Positions 14,083-22,907 of a stretch of DNA of 64,000 bases are shown piece by piece. Below the pieces are notes generated by a model. The model had not been told where the DNA came from. It did no database searches and was given only the letters and a program-made list of their open reading frames with translations. A program made the translations under genes and the position numbers. Position 1 is the first letter of the stretch, and each line of letters opens with the position of its first letter. This DNA is from an uncultured Ectothiorhodospiraceae bacterium (GTDB taxonomy: Bacteria; Pseudomonadota; Gammaproteobacteria; S012-40): NCBI GenBank assembly GCA_945787715.1, contig CALZJE010000003.1, forward strand, positions 6,088 through 70,087. Reading direction: 5' to 3'.

Positions 14083-14461
14083 AATAAATGGCGATCTACG
14101 AGTATTTACCGTTACTAGGTTAGTTAAATACCAGTATTTTTTATGGATATGATTATTACTCGATTCAAACGCAGTGCTTTATTGCAGAAATGCTTTTAAA
14201 ATGACTGATAATTATTAACCACTCTTTTCACATTTACTCTCCAAAATAAAACATTTCTATTATTAGGGGAATAAGAGTTGAATTTAGTGATAATATTTCT
14301 TATAAGAATTTTTTGGCTTTTTACAGATCTTCAAAAACTTTCTACCGGCATAAAATTTGAATCTAATTTATTAAACATATTAACCCCTTTATGTTTTTGG
14401 CTGCTGGTTTGAGACTTCCCCTTAAAACTCAGATCAGCAGCTTTCCTTTATTATTTTTCTT

Positions 14462-14724
14462 TAGTTATTAACATCTCTATATATAAATATATATCTATAT
14501 ATAAAAATTTGTTGTTGTTATTGAGTCTAAAATATTTGTGGGTAACTTCTATTATCTTATTATTATTCAATATGTTATTTATCAGTATAAGGCTCAACAA
14601 GTTGTATGGATATACTCATCTAAGCTGTGGATAACTTGTTTACAAATATGGTCTTTTTTACATAGAAAATTTTATCAACAGCTTATACACAAGCTACACA
14701 AGTGTTATACACGCGTTCTTTAAG
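14462..14724. repeat. DnaA-box module copy B
   Basis: Direct repeat of copy A at an offset of about 641 bp. It carries the only perfect DnaA box in the region. Confidence 0.7.
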
Positions 14725-14857
14725 TCAACTTTTGATATTTTTTAACCATTTCCCTCCACTTTTTCAGCTACAATATGCAGTATTTTTTGTAATCCTCCAC
14801 CTGTTGTTATTCTAGGATCGGCTCCTTGGAGTATCTGGAGGTTATGTTTTAATTTTT

Positions 14858-15916
14858 ATGAGAGTTTTTATGAGTAAACAGCGAAAAGCCGTTGCATTAA
14901 TTTCTGGTGGATTGGATTCTTTATTAGCTGCAAAGGTATTGCTTGAGCAGGGTGTTCACGTAGAAGGAATAAATTTTTACACAGGTTTTTGTGTTGAAGG
15001 ACATACCCATGCAATACGTAAAAAAGGCAAAGATAAAGTAAAACGAAATAATGCATTGTGGTCTGCAGAACAATTAGGCATTAAATTGCATATTGTCGAT
15101 GTCATAGAAGAATACAAAGATGTTTTGATTAATCCCAAACATGGTTATGGTGCAAATATGAACCCCTGTCTGGATTGCAAAGGCTTCATGGTTCGTAAAG
15201 CAATGGAGTGGATCAAAGAAAACAATTTTGATTTTATTGTTACCGGTGAGGTTATTGGCCAGCGGCCTATGTCTCAGCGTAAAGATACTATGCCAATCAT
15301 TGCAAGAGAATCCGGAGCAAATGATCTGCTTTTAAGACCACTATGCGCCAAATATTTACCAGAAACCAAGCCGGAAAGAGAAGGTTGGGTGGATCGTGAA
15401 AAGCTCTATGATTTCAGCGGCCGTTCACGTAAACCACAAATGGCTCTAGCGGAAAAATTTGGTTTTTCCGAATATGCCCAACCCGCCGGTGGATGCTGTT
15501 TTCTAACAGATAAATCTTACTCTGATCGACTTGTCGATTTATGGAAAGCGCGTGATGATGATCGTAATTATGAAATGGATGACATCATGTTGTTGAAAGT
15601 GGGGCGGCATATACGTCCTAAACCACACTTCAAAATGATTATTGGTCGTGAAGATGGTGAAAACAAATTTATGTCTGGTTACAAAAAACAGTTTGCTCAT
15701 ATGTATGCGACTAGTTGTGTTGGTCCCCTGGTGTTAATTGATGGTCCAGCAACAGAAGAAGATTTGGCATTGGCTGCACAAATTACGGCCAGATTTAGCA
15801 AAGGAAGAACTGAGCCATCAGTAACTGTAGAAGTGACAGATGCTCATGGAGTTTCTAAACTCTTAAATGTTGCACCTCTCAAAGAACACGAAATACTTGC
15901 AGAGTGGCAAGTGTGA
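14858..15916 (+). CDS. PP-loop ATP pyrophosphatase, ThiI/MnmA-like sulfurtransferase family
   Basis: The N-terminal KAVALISGGLDSLLAA is an SGGxDS PP-loop, and conserved Cys residues (NPCLDCK, GGCCF) are present. It is translationally coupled to a TusA-like gene. The start may be ATG 14870. Confidence 0.65.
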   Translation: MRVFMSKQRKAVALISGGLDSLLAAKVLLEQGVHVEGINFYTGFCVEGHTHAIRKKGKDKVKRNNALWSAEQLGIKLHIVDVIEEYKDVLINPKHGYGANMNPCLDCKGFMVRKAMEWIKENNFDFIVTGEVIGQRPMSQRKDTMPIIARESGANDLLLRPLCAKYLPETKPEREGWVDREKLYDFSGRSRKPQMALAEKFGFSEYAQPAGGCCFLTDKSYSDRLVDLWKARDDDRNYEMDDIMLLKVGRHIRPKPHFKMIIGREDGENKFMSGYKKQFAHMYATSCVGPLVLIDGPATEEDLALAAQITARFSKGRTEPSVTVEVTDAHGVSKLLNVAPLKEHEILAEWQV

Positions 15917-16143
15917 GTGTTTATAAATTGGATGCTAGACGTTTACTCTGTCCGATGCCGGTAATTCGTACTCAGAATAAAATAAAAACACTTAAAGCGG
16001 GAGACACACTGGAAGTAATTTGTACTGATCCAGGCGTACTTCAAGATATCCCTGCTTGGTGTAGAATTAATGGACATAAGTTTCTGAGTCACGAAACAGT
16101 TGATGAAGAAATTATTTTAAAAATAGAGGTGGGCGAAGATTGA
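15904..16143 (+). CDS. TusA/SirA-family sulfur carrier protein
   Basis: 79 aa. LDARRLLCPMPVIRTQNKIKTLKAGDTLEVICTDPG has the CPxP active-site motif. Uses a GTG start and overlaps the upstream gene by 13 nt. Confidence 0.75.
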   Translation: MASVSVYKLDARRLLCPMPVIRTQNKIKTLKAGDTLEVICTDPGVLQDIPAWCRINGHKFLSHETVDEEIILKIEVGED

Positions 16144-17303
16144 GCGATCAATCGGAGCAATCTGAATCCGCAGTCAGATACCAGCAAGTAAAAAAAGTCA
16201 CCTTAATTGGTGCTCTCGTTAATGCATTCCTAGCCGCATCTAAAATTATCCTGGGTTACATTGGTCAATCACAAGCTCTAGTTGCTGATGGAGTTCATTC
16301 CTTAGCGGATCTAGTTAGCGATATTATTGTGGTATATGCAGCGAAACATGGATCCCGCCAAGCAGACGAAGACCATCCGTACGGTCACGGTCGTATAGAA
16401 ACGGTTGTAGAAGTTTTATTAGGTTTTTTGCTTATTGCTGTAGCACTTGGTATTACGATCGATGCAGTATCAAGAATTAATACGCCCGATCTACTTCTTT
16501 CGCCGACTTGGTTTGCATTAGTAGCAGCATTGATTTCGATTTTTGCGAATGAAGTGCTGTTTCAATATACATTTACAGTTGGTAAGAAAGTAAAATCCAA
16601 CTTACTCATTGCCAACGCCTGGCATCATCGAACAGACGCAATCTCTTCAGTAATTGCACTTATTGGGATTGCAGGTGCGATGCTTGGTTTTCCTTTATTG
16701 GATGCGGTAGCGGCGATTGGTGTTAGCCTTCTTATTTCAAAAGTTGGCTGGGATATTTCTTATCGTGCATTTAAAGAGCTTATTGATACTGCACTTGAAG
16801 CAGAAAAAGTTGAAAAAATAAAAGCATTAATTTTATCGGTAGATGGCGTTAAAGCTGTCCATTCTTTACGGACACGAAGCATGGGCACCTATGCTCTTGT
16901 GGATGTCCACATTTTAGTGGTAAATTCACGTATTAGTGTCTCAGAGGGACATCAGATTAGCGAAAGCGTAATGTACAGGTTACTTAAGGGGATTGATGAG
17001 GTATCCGACGTAACCGTCCATATTGATCCGGAAGATGATGAAACTTGTGCACCATGCAGATATTTGCCATTACGTAAAGATTTTCAAATTTATCTGAACT
17101 CTGTATTCGAGAACAATAGTTACTATGATCGAGTGACAAAATCTACACTGCATTATTTGAATGGAAAAATTATTGTTGAGTTGGTTTTACCGGTTTCAAT
17201 ACTAGATGAAAATATCACCGCCAGTGATATTTTTTCTTCGTTCAAAGATTTCGAAGATCCAAAAAGCTACATCGCAGAAATTAATATTCTCTTTGGATTG
17301 TGA
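16140..17303 (+). CDS. Cation diffusion facilitator (CDF) family metal efflux transporter
   Basis: Six transmembrane segments with HSLADLVSD (TM2) and WHHRTDAISS (TM5) metal-site motifs, plus a C-terminal cytoplasmic domain. Overlaps the TusA-like gene by 4 nt. Confidence 0.85.
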   Translation: MSDQSEQSESAVRYQQVKKVTLIGALVNAFLAASKIILGYIGQSQALVADGVHSLADLVSDIIVVYAAKHGSRQADEDHPYGHGRIETVVEVLLGFLLIAVALGITIDAVSRINTPDLLLSPTWFALVAALISIFANEVLFQYTFTVGKKVKSNLLIANAWHHRTDAISSVIALIGIAGAMLGFPLLDAVAAIGVSLLISKVGWDISYRAFKELIDTALEAEKVEKIKALILSVDGVKAVHSLRTRSMGTYALVDVHILVVNSRISVSEGHQISESVMYRLLKGIDEVSDVTVHIDPEDDETCAPCRYLPLRKDFQIYLNSVFENNSYYDRVTKSTLHYLNGKIIVELVLPVSILDENITASDIFSSFKDFEDPKSYIAEINILFGL

Positions 17304-17422
17304 TCTATATTGGTGCTAATTGGTTTCTGCATGTGTTTTTTTAGTGCGCTTATTAATATTTACTATAATTTATAAACGGATTTTGTTAATTAAGCTATTG
17401 TTATAAATAAGTAATTGTGTAT

Positions 17423-17438
17423 TGGCATATGTAATGCT
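17423..17438 (+). promoter_or_regulatory. Sigma-54 (-24/-12) promoter of glnA
   Basis: TGGCAT-ATGTA-ATGCT with GG and GC exactly 12 nt apart, about 59 nt upstream of the glnA ATG. Confidence 0.7.
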
Positions 17439-17496
17439 TAAATAAACAAAATTAAAATTTTAAAGTGTCTCCAATTTTATTTTAAAGGGTGAGAAA

Positions 17497-18903
17497 ATGC
17501 CGTCTAACGTTTTAAAGATGATGAAAGAATTTGAAGTGAAGTTTGTTGATTTTCGCTTCTCAGATACTCGCGGTAAACAAATGCATTTAACAGTTCCAAG
17601 TACAGCTGTTGATGAAGATTCATTAAAAGAAGGGATGATGTTTGATGGTTCTTCAATCAATGGTTGGAAGGGCATCAATGAGTCAGACATGATTTTGATG
17701 CCAGATCCAAGTACTGCGACAATGGATCCTTTCACTGAAGATTCAACGTTAAACATCGTATGTGATGTTGTTGAGCCAGCCACTATGTCTGGTTATGAGC
17801 GTGATCCTCGTTCTGTTGCTAAACGTGCAGAAGAATTTTTGAAATCTACAGGTATTGCAGATACCGCTTTCTTCGGTCCTGAAAATGAGTTTTTTGTGCT
17901 TGATGACGTTCGTTGGGGTGCTGATATGTCAGGCTCTTTTTGTAAAATAGATTCAGAAGAAGCAGAGTGGAACTCAGAAAAAGTTTATGCCGACGGTAAC
18001 ATGGGCCATCGTCCAGGTACTAAAGGCGGTTACTTCCCAGTACCACCAGTCGATTCTTTGTATGACTTGCGCTGTGCTATGACTACTGCGCTTCAGGAAA
18101 TGGGGCAAGAAGTTGAAGTGCATCATCATGAAGTAGCAACAGCTGGTCAATGTGAGATTGGTGTTAAATTCAACACATTAGTTTCAAAAGCTGACGAAGT
18201 TCAAGATCTAAAATATGTAATTCATAATGTATCGCATGTATATGGCAAGACAGCGACTTTTATGCCTAAGCCGATGGTTGGCGATAATGGTAATGGTATG
18301 CATGTTCACATGTCTCTTGCAAAAAATGGCGAGAATCTTTTTTCTGGTGATGAGTACGGTGGTCTATCTGAAACTGCACTTTTCTACATTGGTGGAATTA
18401 TTAAACATGCGCGTGCAATCAATGCTTTCGCAAATGCTTCGACAAATAGCTACAAACGTTTGGTCCCAGGATTTGAAGCACCAGTTATGCTAGCTTACTC
18501 TGCACGTAATCGTTCTGCTTCTATTCGTATTCCTTATGTCACAAACCCTAAAGGGCGTCGTATCGAAGTACGATTTCCCGATTCAACAGCAAACCCCTAT
18601 TTAGCGTTTGCTTGTATGTTGATGGCTGGTCTTGATGGAATTAAGAACAAAATCCATCCTGGTGATGCAATGGATAAAGATCTATACGATCTTCCACCAG
18701 AAGAAGAGAAAGAGATCCCACAAGTATGTTTTTCTTTCGATCAAGCATTAGAAGCACTAGATAAAGATCGTGAATTTTTAACTGCTGGTGGTGTATTTAC
18801 TGACGACATGATCGATGCTTATATTGATTTGAAAATGGAAGAAGTAACACGTTTACGCATGACAACTCACCCAGTTGAGTTTGATATGTACTATAGCTGT
18901 TAA
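17497..18903 (+). CDS. glnA: Glutamine synthetase type I
   Basis: 468 aa. [15 protein letters not shown], the [19 protein letters not shown] motif, the adenylylation-loop region NLYDLPPEE and ASIRIP. Confidence 0.97.
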   Translation: MPSNVLKMMKEFEVKFVDFRFSDTRGKQMHLTVPSTAVDEDSLKEGMMFDGSSINGWKGINESDMILMPDPSTATMDPFTEDSTLNIVCDVVEPATMSGYERDPRSVAKRAEEFLKSTGIADTAFFGPENEFFVLDDVRWGADMSGSFCKIDSEEAEWNSEKVYADGNMGHRPGTKGGYFPVPPVDSLYDLRCAMTTALQEMGQEVEVHHHEVATAGQCEIGVKFNTLVSKADEVQDLKYVIHNVSHVYGKTATFMPKPMVGDNGNGMHVHMSLAKNGENLFSGDEYGGLSETALFYIGGIIKHARAINAFANASTNSYKRLVPGFEAPVMLAYSARNRSASIRIPYVTNPKGRRIEVRFPDSTANPYLAFACMLMAGLDGIKNKIHPGDAMDKDLYDLPPEEEKEIPQVCFSFDQALEALDKDREFLTAGGVFTDDMIDAYIDLKMEEVTRLRMTTHPVEFDMYYSC

Positions 18904-18923
18904 TTTATTCTTTATTTTGTTTG

Positions 18924-18953
18924 AAAAACGCCCCTTTACGGGGCGTTTTTTTT
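18924..18953 (+). terminator. Rho-independent terminator after glnA
   Basis: AAAAACGCCCC-TTTAC-GGGGCGTTTTTTTT. Confidence 0.85.
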
Positions 18954-19043
18954 GCTGCTGAATTCTTTGATATTGCGTAGAATTATTGAGTAATAATTTC
19001 ATCAACTATTGAATCATTTAGTGACTTTATTGAGGTCAGCACA

Positions 19044-19595
19044 TTGCGAATAACTTTTCTAATACTGTTTTTCTTTTCAGCAAAACTCTCTGCTGCGGTC
19101 TACCAATACCAGGACGAAAATGGAAAGATAGTATTCACAGATAAAGAAGTACCTGGTAGCGTAGAGCGCAAAGTTCAATCACCACCTATAATTAAATTTC
19201 GCAAAGAAGAACAGGTTAAAAAAGAAATAGCGCCAACAGATAATAGTTTTACTGATATTACTGTTACAGAAAATAAAAACAAACCTAAGCCGTATACAAA
19301 ATTTAAAATTAGAAAACCGGTTGATGATGACAATTTTCGCGATAACTTAGGAAACGTACATCTGCAATTAGATATTTCACCTGGGATTCAAACTCAACAT
19401 GGTCATAAGCTCAAGGTTGAGTTTGATGGAAAAATGTTAACGGGTAGTTGGACCAGTTCAACTATCTCTTTTTTTAATGTGAATCGGGGTACTCATACAA
19501 TCCGTGCTTTCATTGTAGATAAAGCTGGTAAAAAAATTAAATCAACAAATACCAACACATTTCATCTACAACGGTTTTCGAAACTATTTCGTTAA
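19044..19595 (+). CDS. DUF4124-domain secreted protein
   Basis: Signal peptide MRITFLILFFFSAKLSA followed by VYQYQDENGKIVFTDK, which is DUF4124-like. Uses a TTG start. Confidence 0.6.
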   Translation: MRITFLILFFFSAKLSAAVYQYQDENGKIVFTDKEVPGSVERKVQSPPIIKFRKEEQVKKEIAPTDNSFTDITVTENKNKPKPYTKFKIRKPVDDDNFRDNLGNVHLQLDISPGIQTQHGHKLKVEFDGKMLTGSWTSSTISFFNVNRGTHTIRAFIVDKAGKKIKSTNTNTFHLQRFSKLFR

Positions 19596-19646
19596 TCCAC
19601 TTTCACGCGCTTCATCTGCACAATCTTTTTGTATGATTCTTATTCG

Positions 19647-19663
19647 CGCACTATAATGGTGCG
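19647..19663. promoter_or_regulatory. NtrC-type binding-site candidate upstream of ntrB
   Basis: CGCACTA-TAA-TGGTGCG compared with the enteric NtrC consensus TGCACCA-N3-TGGTGCA. Confidence 0.5.
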
Positions 19664-19758
19664 TTGTTAAAATGCGGAATTCGTATATCCCATCTCTGTG
19701 CTTGATATTTTGAATATTGCGATTGTTAACACACTGTTTTTATTCGTGATTATTTAAA

Positions 19759-20886
19759 ATGGTCGATGCGTCTTTTATTGGTTTAACTATTGCAGAGAAG
19801 TTAAATATGGTGCCGAACGAAAAGTGTAATAATTCAATATCAAAAGATTTGCTATACGCAAATATGTCTACAGCGTTGTTGCTGTTAGATGCAAATATGA
19901 AAGTTGTTGAAGCGAATCAAGCGACTGAAAATTTGCTCAATACCAGTGCAAGGCGAATTAAAGGTCTAGATGTTCATCAATTATTTGCAGGATCAGAAGC
20001 CTTTTTAAGTGCGCTCAAGCAAAGTAAGAATAATAAATTCAATGTCACTAAAAGCGAATTAGATCTACTCGTTCCTCATCTGTTACGTGTCATCAAAGTT
20101 GATTGTATTTTTTCACCAATCATCGAAAACGAACAAATTTTGATTGAGATGACGCAAATAGATGAAAAATTACGCGCGGCCAAAGAAGAGCATATTATTG
20201 AGCAGCAGGATGTTTTAAAAATATTGGTGAGAGGTTTTGCTCATGAGGTAAAAAATCCTCTCGGCGGAATTAGAGGCGCCGCACAATTACTTGAACGTGA
20301 GTTACCCTTCGATGATTTGAAAGAATATACCGACGTTATTATTGGTGAAACTGATCGCTTGCAAAAGTTGGTTGATGACATGCTGGGTCCAAATCGACCG
20401 ATGTCTAAAGAACCTGTCAATATACACAAGGTAATCGAACGAGTTCGTCAACTTGTTTTAGCTGAATCGGATGGAAAGTTGATATTCCGTCGCGATTATG
20501 ACCCAAGCTTACCGGAGATTTTTGCAGATTCAGATCAACTCATTCAATCCGTTTTGAATATAGTTCGTAACGCTAAGCAAGCAATGAATGGTGAAGGCGA
20601 AATTGTTGTTCGAACACGTTCAAGACACCATGTAATGATTGGACAAAGACATCATCGCTTGGTTGTTGGTGTAGAAATTATTGATAACGGGCCAGGGATT
20701 GCGCCTGATCTTTTAGACAAAATATTTTATCCAATGATTACCGGTCGTGCTGAAGGTACTGGGCTAGGTTTATCAATAGCCCAGACATTGATTGGCCAAC
20801 ACGGCGGTATTATTGAATGTAATAGCAAGCCTGGAGAAACAAACTTTACGTTGTTGATTCCAATTAATGCTAAGGAAACGGTGTAA
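19759..20886 (+). CDS. ntrB: Nitrogen regulation sensor histidine kinase NtrB
   Basis: N-terminal PAS domain, H-box FAHEVKNPLGGIRGAAQLL, N/G boxes IVRNAKQA and DNGPGI..GTGLGLSI. Directly precedes ntrC. Confidence 0.9.
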   Translation: MVDASFIGLTIAEKLNMVPNEKCNNSISKDLLYANMSTALLLLDANMKVVEANQATENLLNTSARRIKGLDVHQLFAGSEAFLSALKQSKNNKFNVTKSELDLLVPHLLRVIKVDCIFSPIIENEQILIEMTQIDEKLRAAKEEHIIEQQDVLKILVRGFAHEVKNPLGGIRGAAQLLERELPFDDLKEYTDVIIGETDRLQKLVDDMLGPNRPMSKEPVNIHKVIERVRQLVLAESDGKLIFRRDYDPSLPEIFADSDQLIQSVLNIVRNAKQAMNGEGEIVVRTRSRHHVMIGQRHHRLVVGVEIIDNGPGIAPDLLDKIFYPMITGRAEGTGLGLSIAQTLIGQHGGIIECNSKPGETNFTLLIPINAKETV

Positions 20887-20891
20887 ATATA

Positions 20892-22307
20892 ATGGCAAAA
20901 AAAGAACATATTTGGGTCATTGATGACGACAAATCAATTCGCTGGGTGTTAGAGCGTGCTTTAAGCAAAGCGGATATGGATGTTGATTGCTTTGAAAGCG
21001 CTTCAGGTATTCTCGATAAACTATCAAAAGGATTACCGGATGCGATAGTTTCGGATATTCGCATGCCAGGACAAGATGGTTTGGCGCTTCTTTCAGACAT
21101 TAATAAAGCTTATCCTGATCTCCCAGTAATCATTATGACGGCTCACTCCGATCTGGACAGTGCGGTATCGTCCTATGAAGGCGGTGCATTTGAATATTTG
21201 CCTAAACCCTTTGATGTTGACGATGCAGTTGATCTGGTAAGACGAGCAGTGGATCATAGTAGAAGTGCTACTACTAACGTCAGTGAACAAACTGAAGCTA
21301 CACAAACAGAAATTATTGGCGAAGCAGCAGCGATGCAGGAAGTGTTTCGAGCGATTGGGAGATTATCTCGTTCGAATATCACCGTTATGATAAATGGTGA
21401 ATCTGGGACGGGTAAGGAGCTTGTTGCGAGTGCACTTCATCGCCATAGTCCAAGAGCGTCTAATCCTTTTATCGCACTAAATACCGCTGCTATTCCAAAA
21501 GATTTATTGGAATCAGAACTATTTGGTCACGAAAGAGGTGCTTTTACTGGCGCGCAAACAACACGACGTGGCCGTTTTGAACAGGCTGATGGCGGAACAT
21601 TGTTTCTTGATGAAATTGGTGATATGCCCGCCGATTTACAAACTCGGCTTTTGCGGGTTTTAGCATCTGGAGAATTCTATCGGGTTGGTGGTCATGATCC
21701 CGTTAAAGTCAATGTTAGAATTATTGCAGCCACACACCAAGACCTGGAAGAGCGAGTAGGTAAAGGAAAATTCAGGGAAGACCTATTTCATCGTTTAAAT
21801 GTTATACGTATACATTTACCCGCCTTACGTGAAAGGCAAGAAGATATTCCACTATTGTTAAACTATTTTCTCGTTCGAGCAGCGAAGGAATTAAGTGTTG
21901 ATGTAAAAAGATTAAGGCCTGAAACTGCAAAGTTTTTGAGTCAGTTACAGTGGCCAGGTAATGTAAGACAGTTAGAAAATGTGTGCCGCTGGTTAACTGT
22001 GATGGCCCCAGGTCCTGAAATTCATGTAGAAGATCTTCCGGCGGAATTAAGAGAAGATGTGGTTAAAGCAAGCAGCAATTCTGATTGGGAAGGCGCTTTA
22101 AAGCTTTGGGCAAAAAGCAAGCTCTTGGCAGATGATCAAGGTATTATGGAGAATGCGACTCCCAGGTTCGAAAAAATATTGATAGAAGTTGCTTTAGCGC
22201 ATACCGCTGGGCGAAAACAGGAAGCTGCTAAATTGCTCGGAATTGGTAGAAATACACTGACGAGAAAGTTGAAAGAACTCAAAATAATTAGTGACGATGC
22301 AGCGTAA
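20892..22307 (+). CDS. ntrC: Nitrogen regulation response regulator NtrC (sigma-54 activator)
   Basis: Receiver domain (VIDDD..SDIRMPG..LPKP), AAA+ domain [14 protein letters not shown] loop, C-terminal Fis-type HTH. Confidence 0.93.
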   Translation: MAKKEHIWVIDDDKSIRWVLERALSKADMDVDCFESASGILDKLSKGLPDAIVSDIRMPGQDGLALLSDINKAYPDLPVIIMTAHSDLDSAVSSYEGGAFEYLPKPFDVDDAVDLVRRAVDHSRSATTNVSEQTEATQTEIIGEAAAMQEVFRAIGRLSRSNITVMINGESGTGKELVASALHRHSPRASNPFIALNTAAIPKDLLESELFGHERGAFTGAQTTRRGRFEQADGGTLFLDEIGDMPADLQTRLLRVLASGEFYRVGGHDPVKVNVRIIAATHQDLEERVGKGKFREDLFHRLNVIRIHLPALRERQEDIPLLLNYFLVRAAKELSVDVKRLRPETAKFLSQLQWPGNVRQLENVCRWLTVMAPGPEIHVEDLPAELREDVVKASSNSDWEGALKLWAKSKLLADDQGIMENATPRFEKILIEVALAHTAGRKQEAAKLLGIGRNTLTRKLKELKIISDDAA

Positions 22308-22631
22308 CACTAGCTCCTGGCTATCTCCACTAACCGGTGAACTTGTACAGCAATCAAACCAATTCCTTGCACTCCAATCTCATACTCAACGGATCTTTTA
22401 AGATTTATCTTATCGGTTCCATTCCCGTATTAAACTTAGAAAAAAGTAGATTCATGAAATATACTCTGAGGGCTGTAACCCAACCCTTGTTTCGCCTAGC
22501 GATATGAAAAGCAATACTTTGTGTTTTTTTGATAGCCAGCTGCCTTTTCTAGGATAAGCCTAGAAAAATCAGTTGATCCGTGATTTAGCGCACAACCACT
22601 TGATTCACTTGGCAATATGAAAAGTATTTGA

Positions 22632-22648
22632 ATCACCAACCTGGTGAT
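22632..22648. promoter_or_regulatory. Perfect palindrome; enhancer (UAS) candidate
   Basis: ATCACCA-ACC-TGGTGAT, i.e. 7-3-7 with the same architecture as NtrC sites, located about 200 bp upstream of the sigma-54 promoter at 22837. Confidence 0.4.
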
Positions 22649-22736
22649 CATAAATATTTTCATTACGCCAATCAAACCGCACACTTGCATGCTAATTTCG
22701 CATCCAACAGATCTTTCTAGGTTAAACGTTTTTAGC

Positions 22737-22752
22737 GCGAAGTTTCCTTCGC
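22737..22752. promoter_or_regulatory. Second palindrome; enhancer (UAS) candidate
   Basis: GCGAAG-TTTC-CTTCGC, about 90 bp upstream of the -24 element. Related TTCGC motifs are at about 22707 (TTCGCATCC) and about 22790 (CTTCGCTTCGAA). Confidence 0.35.
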
Positions 22753-22836
22753 ATCAATTTACTTCATTATTCAAAAATACGAATCAATCTTCGCTTCGAA
22801 AACATTTAAGTCATTGTTTTATATATGTATTAATCT

Positions 22837-22852
22837 TGGCATTCATTCTGCT
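22837..22852 (+). promoter_or_regulatory. Sigma-54 (-24/-12) promoter of the five-gene cassette
   Basis: TGGCAT-TCATT-CTGCT with GG (22838-39) and GC (22850-51) 12 nt apart. It lies 56 nt upstream of ATG 22908, which has the SD AAAGGAG. Confidence 0.7.
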
Positions 22853-22907
22853 CCTATGCAAGAGATTAGTTTGATGTGATATTCAACCACGAATAAAGGA
22901 GAACAAC

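Larger units (their letters stand above)
13823..14724. other. DnaA-box cluster / candidate replication origin or DnaA-titration locus
   Basis: Lies in a non-coding 1.15-kb gap. DnaA-box-like 9-mers: TTATCCACT 13825-33, TGTGGTTAA 13896-904, TGTGGGTAA 13985-93, TTGTTCACA 13995-14003, TTATCAACA 14042-50, TTATACACG 14064-72, TGTGGGTAA 14537-45, perfect TGTGGATAA 14626-34, TTGTTTACA 14636-44, TTATCAACA 14672-80, TTATACACA 14683-91, TTATACACG 14705-13. Two ATATATCTATATATAAAAA tracts are also present. Confidence 0.6.

Noticed and set aside
14538-14723. 61-aa ORF inside DnaA-box module B.
   Set aside because: Its sequence is made of the DnaA-box repeats themselves, and the homologous module A has no equivalent ORF. 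It is almost certainly non-coding.
17305-17350. Possible NtrC enhancer sites upstream of glnA (TTGGTGCTAATTGG, TTAGTGCGC).
   Set aside because: Only isolated GGTGC or GTGCG half-sites are present. I could not assemble a 7-3-7 dyad with correct spacing, so this is not reported as a feature.
22644-22874. 76-aa ORF just upstream of the cassette, and the 64-aa ORF at 22496-22690 on the opposite strand.
   Set aside because: They span the sigma-54 promoter and the palindromes. There is no SD, the sequence is low-complexity and hydrophobic or His/Ser-rich, and the region is better explained as regulatory DNA.
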